64,000 bases of DNA from Camelus ferus (taxonomy: Eukaryota), in assembly GCF_009834535.1 (NCBI RefSeq), contig NC_045707.1, forward strand, positions 59,708,001 to 59,772,000. Reading direction: 5' to 3'. Of this stretch, positions 1-10,282 are shown piece by piece (positions within the stretch are counted from its first letter, which is position 1; each line of letters starts with the position of its first letter). The position numbers and the translations under genes are program-made. Under the pieces are notes generated by a model. The model made no database searches, was not told the DNA's origin, and worked only from the letters and a program-made list of their open reading frames with translations.

Positions 1-19
1 CTATAGGTAACCCATAGCC

Positions 20-25
20 ACTAAC
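20..25 (-). other. NAV3: 5' splice donor of NAV3 coding exon 1
   Basis: AAG|GTTAGT on the minus strand directly after codon 81. Confidence 0.92.
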
Positions 26-268
26 CTTGCTGTCTTCTGTCTCCTTCGTTTTTCCTTGGAGGAGTTTCTTCTCTTCAAATTCACAGGTTGAGTGTAATGT
101 GAGCTGACAAGAAAGCATTGAGCTCTCTGTTTCAGTAAGTTCCAAAGGTCCTGAAGAACAGTGCTGTGACCCAGTAGTGCCAAGATTTGGTATCGGAAGA
201 GCAGTATGAACAGGCTTTGACCCAACAGCTGGCTGCCTCAGTTTTGAGGCAACCCCAAGTACAGGCAT
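26..268 (-). CDS. NAV3: Neuron navigator 3, first coding exon (81 codons, phase-0 donor); gene continues beyond window start
   Basis: Minus-strand translation from ATG at 268 (GAAGCCATG) gives MPVLGVASKLRQPAVGSKPVHTALPIPNLGTTGSQHCSSGPLELTETESSMLSCQLTLHSTCEFEEKKLLQGKTKETEDSK, recognised as the NAV3 N-terminus preceding the CH domain. Exactly 243 nt, ending AAG|GTTAGT. In-frame TAG upstream at 311-313. Confidence 0.97.
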
Positions 269-1100
269 GGCTTCTATAAAAGTGTCTTCTTGCTGCCAAA
301 GAAAATGCTTCTAACCTCAGTCTGGTAGACTCCAACTTTAGTATTTCCAGAACAAATACTTTAAACAAAACTAGCAGTCATCATGATTTAAAAAAAAAAA
401 AAAGGCTAATAATATAACTTTCAAGAAGAGGCAAAATTCCCCTTCATCTTTAGCTAAGTATCTTTCTTTCTTGCTGGCTTGAATTTTCATATTCTCATTC
501 TCTTATATATCCATTCTCTCTCTCTCTCTCTTCAGTCAGTCAGTGACCATGTAATATTAAATACTCCTCTGGGAAGTAAGCTTTTCTTGAAGGTAACTGC
601 TACAAAGCTCTTTTTCTAGGATTAAAGAGCTCCTAGTTTTACTTTTTTTTTTACCCCTCACTACAGCAATCTGAGTCTCAGCATTGCGAGTGAAAAAGAG
701 GAGAACAAAAGCAAAGACCTTCAGTTCAAGTGTCAAAGCAGCCAAAAAGCCCACAATAGAGGAAGGACAGGCGTTCTTCCTGACTTCAGAAATAACCAGC
801 CTACATTCTCTTTTTAAAGAAAATTGTATTTCTCCCAGCTTTAAAAAAGAAAAGAAAAAGAAAAAAAAAAAAAAAAAAAAGGACACGTTTAATGGCCAAA
901 ACAAACAGCTGCTGGAAGAACTTTTAGCCCGGAAACAATCTCAGCAATGAAGCTGTTTGTCTGATTTCCAGCTATTTTTCACTACTGACAGCCATAAACC
1001 ATGGTGTGCATTCTGTTTCATCCCATGAAATCAGGTTAAATTCATGCAGTAGCAGCTAAAGCTGCTAAATGATTCAGCAGATTACGCCTGCCTAGGTTAC
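269..1100 (-). promoter_or_regulatory. NAV3: NAV3 5'UTR / proximal promoter (non-CpG-island); exact TSS not determinable
   Basis: Repeat-free sequence directly upstream of the start codon, up to the first MIR (~1165). Contains CCGGAA (929-934), E-box CAGCTG (906-911), AP-1-like TGATTCA (~1070-1076), a (CT)n tract and A tracts. Confidence 0.6.
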
Positions 1101-1164
1101 AAAAATATCGTAAATACAGAAAGCAGGGCACCAGATACATAGTAATTGTTTTTAAATTTAATAA

Positions 1165-1370
1165 TGGTGATAATAAAAGTATTTATACCTAATACATACG
1201 TGACGTGTACTAGACGGCAGTTATGGGGCAAGCGCTTTATGCGTTGTCACACTTAATCAATGGAATGGCTCAAAAATAGGCATAATTCTTTTTTCCACTT
1301 TAAAGAAAGGATAACTCAGATTCATCTGAGTGGTTTGACCAAAGTCATACAGTTAGAAAGTGGAAAGTCC
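1165..1370 (-). mobile_element. MIR SINE remnant
   Basis: Degenerate MIR core (aagcgcttta...ttaatc...aaagtcatacagttagaaagtgg). Confidence 0.6.
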
Positions 1371-2724
1371 TGCATCATTTAAAGAGTAATTTAAAAAATT
1401 ATCTTAGAAGCAATTGAAAATAACATTATTATTCAAGCTCATTAAATCCAACTTAAAATCCTAAGCTTCTGAAAAGCGTTCAATGGTATACTCAATGACC
1501 ATGAACAACAATGCTTCTATTTGTACAATTATTTTATGATAATCAGATCATGTCTCATTTCTGGTAAAAGCAAGTCAGGATGTATAACAAAAGCAAGGGG
1601 TAAGTTTTTAGGAAAACATGGGACAGCATTATTCTCTTTAAAGCAGTTGTACTTTGATAACAGAGAAATTTTTCCACCATTAAGTAAATATCATAGTTGA
1701 GATTTCAAAAGCAAATATCTACCTAATAACAGGAATGTTTTTGATTTTATATCCTTTATGTGGAAGAATTCTGTAAGACACCAATAGATTTACTCTTCTT
1801 TTTAAAAAATAAATTATATACATTATATTTATAAAATATTTTAAGAATCAGTAATATTGCAAGTAAAGTTCCTAGAAAAATGAATGGACATTTAATATGC
1901 ATTCAAGAAATGGTGGTAATTATAAGAATCATAATTATTATTGTAGAAAATCTCTCTCTATAGTAAAGGAATTATTTTTTGTCTGTCATTTCCAGCTCTA
2001 AAATTATTATGTACTTTTAGGTAAGAAGGGGTAATTTACAGATAAAAGAGACAATAATTGAAGTCAAATGTATTTGCTCTTTTGATAGAAGTATAGAAGA
2101 AATTCAAATACAAGTTAGAAACCTTACAAACTTTTTAAAAAAAGTAACCCAAGTGGGCTTTACAGAATGGGACAATAAGCCACAAATAAAACACTAGTGG
2201 GGATAAAGAAATGAAATGATCACTCTGAGAAGTATGTTACTTTATAGTTTACAAATCATTTATCACACTTTCTCTTCCAGAGACTATAAGATATTGCAAA
2301 GCAGGAGATGTTCAAGGAACTAAAATAGAGTTCCAATTATAATTTGAATTATAATTTGAGAAGATACACACATCTTGTAAGCCTCACACTGCAAACAAAA
2401 TAGCATACCTAAAATAATAGGACTTGTGGGGAAACTAGGTTCTGGGAAGACCATTCAAAACATATGCAACTTTGGGAGCAGATCACTAGCAAAAATAATA
2501 GTGGTACTTTGGAGGATAATTTGGACCACCCAAGCAAGCAGCTCAGCTCAGAGTTAAAAACAAAAACAAAAAACAAAACAAAAAAATTGAATAGAAGTGC
2601 TGGCAATACTTTAATTAGAATTAGTGGAAAAAATCTAGTTGGAAGGCAAAGTCTGAGCCAAATGGTTTGCCACTGAAATGGGCACAGGGGGCAGTGCAAT
2701 CTGCAAATATTTAAGTCATATAGG

Positions 2725-2980
2725 GGATTAACTTATATACACTACTATAAATAAAATAGATGACCAACAAGAAACAACTGTATAGCATAGGGAACTATAT
2801 TCAATTTCCTGTAATAACCTATAATCTTATAATGGAAATGCATTCAAAAAGAATATACTATATATCTATCTATATATCTATCTATATATATATCTCTGAA
2901 TCACTTTGCCATATACCTGAAATTAACATAGCATTGTAAATAAACTATACTTCAGTGAAAAAAAAAACAAAAGAGGGAAA
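2725..2980 (+). mobile_element. 5'-truncated cetartiodactyl-type LINE-1 3' end
   Basis: L1 3'UTR (ctgtatagcatagggaactatattcaa...aactatacttca), A tail, TSD aagtcatatagg 2713-2724 / aagtcacataag 2981-2992. Confidence 0.88.
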
Positions 2981-3570
2981 AAGTCACATAAGACAAAGGC
3001 TATGCTCCTTTGGTAAGGAAGCCCTGGATAGAGAGATTTATTTTTTAAATTTTCTTAAAACTGAGCCAAAAGGGCACCTGTTGATTATATGGTATCAAAG
3101 TTGAGGGTTTCTTTTCTTACCCAAGGTTATATTTCTACTCTGATTATTCTGTCTCCCTTGGCCTCACTTATATCACATAAAGCTACATAACTGCTACATT
3201 ATAGCAATATAATTCTATTTACCAATTGTAAATAAGCTAATTGGTATTTCAAAAATATATGATGGACAAGAGCACACTGTAATTCCTGATACAACCAAAA
3301 TGAAAAAAGTGTTCACATGGAATAAGGCACCTTTTCACTTTGAAATGCTTTTTGCTTATTAGACAATATCACTTCATTAGGGCTGAACACAGGATTGAAC
3401 GTAACTGTCACTGTTGATAGTCTATGAAATAACACCTATCACCAAGAGCAATAAAAACAAGTTAACTTATTGCAGAGGATTTACCGTCATCCATTTCATC
3501 CCAAAAGTACAGCATCTTGAATAGGAGATAAAGGCCCTGAGAAGTAATTAGCATAAAGTCATAGAAAATG

Positions 3571-3743
3571 AGGTTTCTCAAACTGGGTTCAACAAATAAC
3601 CACCTGGAGTGCTAACAAAACTATAGATTCCTGAATTCACCCCCAGCCTACAAAATAAGAGCCGTGAGGCAGAGGGAGAAGTTTGATAACTAAATTTAAA
3701 TAAATGGATTGATTCTCCTATACACTACAATTTAAGATCTATG
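3571..3743. mobile_element. MER5A-like hAT-Charlie MITE
   Basis: gtttctcaaactggg...cacctggagtgct...atagattcctg, typical of MER5A. Confidence 0.6.
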
Positions 3744-3769
3744 TTTTACTTGATTTGTAGCTTGACAAT

Positions 3770-3997
3770 TGGAATGGACTCTAAAAAGCTCGACTACCTG
3801 TGGTCGAATCTTTGCTACCCTACTTACTAGCTGTATGAATTTGGCACTTGCTGTGCCTCGGTTTCATCTTTTATGAAGCTGGACAAAAAATTGTACTTTC
3901 TTTCAAAGAAGTAGCTGTGAAAACTAAACAAAATAAACGTATGAAATCATTAAAACTGAGTCTGCCGTATAAGTGCTCAATAAATGTTAGCTATTAA
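3770..3997 (+). mobile_element. MIR SINE
   Basis: ctacttactagctgt...tgtgcctcggtttc...aagtgctcaataaatgttagctatt. Confidence 0.8.
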
Positions 3998-4439
3998 TGG
4001 TATAAGAAATATAGTGACCTTGAGAATTACTGAAGTAAGGTCAAGAGGCATAATTGAAGAGTTTGGCCAGATCATAAGAGTTAACAGAACTGAACTTGGG
4101 AAAACCCTAAAAATAAATTAATAGTCTTTTTTTCCCCCATCAAATCTAACAGGAAAAGCAGCAATGGCTCCTAAAACACACTGCCTTCTAAAGCTAAATT
4201 TAAGTTGAAGGGCAGTAAGAGAATTCCAATCAGGCTAGATTTTAGTAACAGTGATTTTAAAAATAAATAATAAAACCTCAAGAAATGACAATCTGCTAAC
4301 TATCATTTATTTGTAAGAGAGTGGAAAAGATAACCAGCTATCAGCACTATAAATATGCTTGCAAAAGGACAAAATACAGTTGGTAGTCAGCTCTGAAGTT
4401 TGCTAAGATCTTATATTTAATGGCTAAATTGAAGCAAAA

Positions 4440-7400
4440 TTTACACAGCATAAAAGTCAACAATTCTAATGAAATAGTTTAATGTCACCAGCATCATAAT
4501 CAAAATGCAGACCCTTTCCTTCACCCTAAAAGCTCCTCTCATGCCCCTGTGCAGTCAGTGTCCTACTCCCAACTCAGGCCACCCATGAAGTGCTTTCTGA
4601 CACTAGTTTCGTCTTTTCTAGTACATATTTAAGTGAAATCACGCAGTATATTGGTCTGACTTGTTTTCACATCACATGATACGTCTGAAATTTATCCATG
4701 TTATGTGTATCAATAGTTCTTTCTTTTGTATGGCTGAGATATAGTTCATTGTATGGATATGATACAATCTGTTTATGCATTCACCAGTTGAAGGACATTT
4801 GAACTGTTTCCAGTTTCAGGATATATGAATAAAGCTCTATAAAAATGTGCATATGGTCTGCGTTGATATTATTTTATTTTCTCATGGATAAATACCTAGG
4901 AGGGGATTAGTGGGTCATTTGAAAAGGATATGTTCAGTTGTATAAGAAACTTCAAAATTTTTTCCTAAACATACCATTTCCAAAACATACCATCAGCAAC
5001 GTATGAGAGTTTCAGTTGCTCCACATACTCTTCAATACTTCACACTGTCAGGCCTTAACTTTATCCATTTTAGTGAGGTGCAGTGGTCTATCACTGCAGT
5101 TTTAATTTGAATTTTTCTAATAACTTACTGATGTGGTGTTTCTTTTCATGTGTTTACATGCCATGTCATCCATATATCATTGTTGACAGGTCTGTTCATA
5201 ATGTTTGCCAATATTTTTATTTGTTTATTATTGAGTTTTAATAGCTCTTTATATTTTGGATACAAGTTCTTTCTCAGATATATTTTTGAAAACATTCTCA
5301 CCTAGCGTGCAGACTGCCTTTTGTTGGGAGAAAATTCTCCCTATATTTCTCACATTTCTGCTATTTTATGGGCATATTTTATGCCTGACTATCTTTTCTG
5401 GGAGTCTGAATAGTAATAAGCCTTAGATGATGGAACTAAATAGCCTTGGAAGATAGAAACAGTGTTCCCTTCTGAAGCAAAGAGTAGGTTTATCTACTGT
5501 ACATTTTAATAAAGATCAGTCTCCCTTGAGGAAAAAAAGTGATGCAAGTTTGCTTGCAACTAGTTATAAGAGATTTGTGTTCCTCAGGCTCAAAATTCCT
5601 CTCTGGTAACACAATCCACTGCATATGCAGACATCACCTGGTCCTTGCCACATTGTCCTGTAGAAATTGAGGCTAGAGAAACTTGCACAAGAACATATGA
5701 TATTCTGGCTACTGCTGTTGCTGTAAGTAATAAACTGAATCTGGTCTTTAACAGAGGAATCAAATGTCTTCTGCCAGCACCCATATATTACGATTATATG
5801 CCAGGTCAACTTACTAGCTTGCAAACAGAGTAAAACCTCAGACCCCTCACAGTCCTTGACACCATTCACTTATCTTACCATTGTCTTTTAACGGTATTGC
5901 CAGTTTCTGCTTTATATATTTAAAGCTTTATCAGCGGCTTCAAACACATTTAGTATTATTATTTCTTCTTGATAAGTCGGCTTCTCTAACATCCATAATA
6001 AAAATGCTTTCTTTATATTTGTTAATATTTCTTATTCTAAAGTCTACTTTAACAATATAACAAATATAAAGAAATTGGCGTTTCTTTTAATTAGTGTTTG
6101 GTATAACTTTTCCATTCTTTGTGTCTTTACAGCTAAAGTGGATTTTCAGTGGGTGATGCATATTTAATTTTGTTTTTATTCTCTCTGACAATCTGTGCCT
6201 TTTAATTGGAATATTTATGCCATTTCATATGAAAGTAATTATTGATGTGATTGGTTAAGTCTACCATCTTACCATTAGTTTTCCATTTGTTCTTTATCCT
6301 TTTTCCCTTTTCCTGCCTTGTTTGGATCAGTTCCATTTTTTAATGATTCCCTTTTATTTCTGCTATTGATTTAATTACATATAGTTCTATGCTTTAACAC
6401 TTTTAATAGATATTTTACTACTTAAACCACTAACTTATTACAGAATAGCTTCAAATAATATTAAACCACTTTATATATAATACACAGGTCTCACAATATT
6501 TTATTTTCATGTTCTCATATTTTTGTGCCATTATTTTCATATATTTTCTTCAACATATTAAAATAGCATATTATTATTTTGTTCTAAACTGTCAGTTATC
6601 TTTTAAAGAAAAACAAAAATGAATAAAAATGCATTTTATATTTATCCACATAATTTCTATTTCTGGTGGTCTTCATTCATTTGTATAGATGCAAATTTCC
6701 ATCTGGAATCATTTTCTTTCTCCCTGAATAACCTCTTGTAACATTTATTTTATTGCAGATTGGCTGGTGATGAACTGTCTCAGCTTTTGTTTGGCTGAAG
6801 AAAAGTTTACTTCACCTCAATTTTTAAAAGAAATTTTTTTCTGAGTAGAGAATTCTGAGTTAACAATTTTTCTTCTTCAGTAAAGATATCACTCTATTGT
6901 TTTTCACGTGCATAATTTCTAAGGATAAGTCTGTTGTAATTCTAACCTTTGTTTCTCTTTGCATACTGTGGCTGTTTTACCCAGCTTTTGTCACAGTTTT
7001 CTCATTTTACTCATTTGTAGCAATTGACTTTTGTTGTGTTTTTTTCTGTTTTGCGTTCAATGGCCTTCTTTATAGTTTTGTCAAATTAGGAAAATTTTGG
7101 ACAATTATTTCTAAAAATATTTGTGGCCTCCTCCTTTCCTTCCGGGACTCCAACTACACATGTGTTGGACCATTTGCTTTTGTACCACAGGTTACTAATG
7201 TTCAGTTTCTTTTTCAGGTCTGTTTAACTCTCTGTTCTTCATTTTGCAATCAACTAACTTTTACTGCTATGCTTTCAAGCTTCACCAATCTTTACTTCTA
7301 CAATACATAATCTGTTGTTAATCTCTCAGATTTTATTTCAGATAATGTACTTTTCATCTCCAGAAGTTTCATTGTCTTTTGTATCTACCATTTCTCTTCT

Positions 7401-8370
7401 CATCGTATTTATGTTTGCTCCTACCTTCTTGAGTTTATGGATATTTATAATGGTTGTTCAATACTTTTATTAAACAATTTAACTAGTGTAAAACACACTA
7501 ATTTCATCATCTCTGTCATTTGGGGGTATGTTTTTATTAATGGATATTTTTTTCTCCTGGATATGAATAATGTTACACTGCTTTTTACATGCCTGGTAAT
7601 TTTTTACTGGGTAGGAGACATGCTGAATTATACATTGTTGTCTGATGGATTTCATGTATTGCATGACTTTGTAATGGCATGTGATTAAGTTATTTCTGAG
7701 AGTTTCTTACAAACTATTATTAAAAAGGTACAGAGCCTCTTGCTGTCTAGGGCAAATTTAACACCACTCCTAAAAAAAGTACACTTTTTTGAACTCTAAC
7801 AAATGCGTCATGCATCAAGTGGCATCTCCACTCTAGCTGGGGGAAATACTAAGTGTCTCCAGACTTCGGTGAGTTCTAGGAATTGTTTATCATTCTCCTT
7901 TCTGGGTGCTTCTTTCCTTGGTCTTTGTTTGTTTCCTCTCATACACATACAGTGTAGTCCTCTACCAAACACTGGAGAAAACATCTCTGTAAGTTTCCAG
8001 TGTTCATTCTCACTCTCTCATTCTCTCTCATTAATTTGTCTTTGTCTCTTTCTATGGCCCCTTCCTTGCTGGTACTCTGAAAAATTTTAGACCTATAGGT
8101 TTTTCTGAAGTTTGATTTCAGTCTCTACAACTCAGAACAACTGCTGGACTCTACTTGGGTTCTCCATCCCTACTCTGGGATCTGGATACTGCCTCTAAGA
8201 AATAAGCTAGCACAATAATAGGACTGGTTTTTAATGATCTTTTTTCAGGTATCACAGACCTGTGCTGTCTTTTGTCCAATGGCTAAATAATGTTGTTTTA
8301 TATACTTTTGTCCAGTTTCTAACTGTTTAATACAAGAGAATAAAGCAGATCCTTGCTAATGGTTAGAAGC
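4440..8370 (-). mobile_element. Old fragmented LINE-1 (L1M-type), interrupted by a solo LTR at 5322-5861
   Basis: Antisense L1 3'UTR/ORF2 end at 4440-5321, then further T-rich antisense ORF2 and 5'-region fragments. Confidence 0.8.
5322..5861 (+). mobile_element. Solo LTR, probably ERVL class (MER54/MER74-like; family uncertain)
   Basis: TG...CA termini (tgttgggag...ccttgaca), internal AATAAA, 5-bp TSD ccttt/ccatt, splits the host L1. Confidence 0.75.
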
Positions 8371-10118
8371 ATAAATAAATAGACAGATTCTTATATTTTT
8401 TTCTCCATTCCGTCCTGAAAACTGGGTTGGGTATTAGTTTTTCACAACAGACCTCAAGAATGTCATTGGTGTATTAGTCACCTTCATTTAGTGAGAGAAC
8501 TTCCCTTAAACCTTAGAGAAGAAATAATGTGTACTGACATCTTGCAAAATTTTTTCCTGACTGATGGGTTAGACTGTCTTCCAGATCTAATGAGGAAATA
8601 ATAATAAATAAATAATAATAAAATAAATAAATAAATAAATAATAAAAATATAGCATACAAAGAGCATGGAGTTAAAACTATTCTCCAAACTTGGTTTGAA
8701 ATACTTAAAACACTGAGGTCTGTTTTAGAATGTCTTTTTTCAGAATCCCCAATGGCATCTTTTTTTTTTTTTTCAGGTATCTGGGAAAAATCCGATGCAG
8801 AGAGAACTATTAGCCATATAGTATATTTGAGGGGGCAATAAGCCAAGGTATGCCTTTATTGTGGTACTAAGCAGGGAAAAAGAAAGGAAGCCAGCTGGCT
8901 GAAATATAAAAGCAGGTGATGAGTACAAAAGAGTCAATAATAAAAAAAGCTAATGGACATTTGGAAATGCAAACGATATCCATTACAAATGAAGAACAAC
9001 TCAGGAGACGTGAAAACTCTTTATACCAGCTCTATGGCATACATTTAGCATCTTACAGGCTTCCTGACAATATACTACTGATATAGTTGATCGAGCAAAT
9101 AAAATTCACCAAGTTCAGAAGGCCTTTTAACCATAAAGTAAAATGAAAATCAAATGTAGTAGGCTTTGAAATGGCATTGCATGTTGATACTCTTCCTTTC
9201 AGAATCACCCTCCAAAGTCAAAAATAGACACATCTGGAGAAAGGACAGCTATTTTATTAAGACAAAATCACTTTGATAGTCTTGTCACATAAATTTGAGT
9301 GCTCCAACAAGACAGTAGACCTTACAAATTAAAGAAATACTCAAAAAGGACATAAATAACTTTCAAAATAGTTACATTTGAAAGGACTATTCCTGTCAGC
9401 ATGTAAGTACACAAATATACTGTGTTATGAAGGTAAAGAAAGGGCCCTTAACCAAGTCCTGACAGTTAGGTCCTGGGAAATGCAGTCAAGTAATTTTAAG
9501 CATAACAATATATAAAAACACTATTTTTTAAAGGTATCTTTTTAAAAAACTATCATCTTCTCGCCACTTTCATTATTTTCAGCTATTTTTGAATACTATA
9601 TATAAATGAGAATTCGGTAAAATAAGGAGAGATGTCACAGCAAAACCTGTTTAAAAGGTATCAATAAAAATGTTCTTTGCAAAGGTTGTACTTTCTAGTT
9701 GTCAATAATTTGCAGGAATGCCACTTGGGATATTATACATTCTCATATCCCAAGCATCCTAGGGCTTGAAATATAACCACTACTTTTACTCTTTCAGAAT
9801 AAAAATGTTAACTATCCCCTGCTTTATTTCAGATATATTGAGGGTGCACCAGGATTCTTTCAGGAATTCAGAAGAAATCTCTTTAAAGTTCTCTTTCTAA
9901 CTTTACTTTTATATTTTAACCTGAAACGTAAGTTAATTGCTGCCTGTGATCAGAAATGTCTCTTAGCTTTAGCAAAGGGAATTTCAGATATAACTAACTT
10001 TCATAACCATTCTAGGAGACCACCTAGAAAACCCATCCAAATCAATAGCTTCCCAAAGGTGGTCCTTATCAGACCATGCAACATTTTACTAGAAACTCTG
10101 GGGATATTTCATAAACAG

Positions 10119-10120
<2 letters not shown>

Positions 10121-10170
<50 letters not shown>

Positions 10171-10282
10171 CAGAGAGAGAGAGAGGGTGAGAGAGAGGTT
10201 GAGAGAGAGAGAAATAGAGACAAAGAGAGGGAGAAGGAGATGAGAGAAAGAGAGGGAGGGGGACAGAGAGACAGAAGGAGGA
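10121..10282 (+). repeat. Compound microsatellite: (GT)16 followed by a GA-rich polypurine tract
   Basis: Direct reading. Confidence 0.97.

Noticed and set aside
1..368. Track ORFs 1..225 and 132..368 on the minus strand
   Set aside because: Alternative frames overlapping the real NAV3 exon (26-268); no protein resemblance
557..950. Poly-Phe / poly-Lys ORFs (also at ~29.0 and ~45.2 kb)
   Set aside because: Produced by poly-A/T tracts
2335..2359. Short tandem duplication aattataatttg x2 (similar 13-mer x2 at ~46344)
   Set aside because: Ordinary slippage duplications
6897..8090. Hydrophobic plus-strand ORFs resembling membrane proteins
   Set aside because: T-rich antisense strand of a decayed L1
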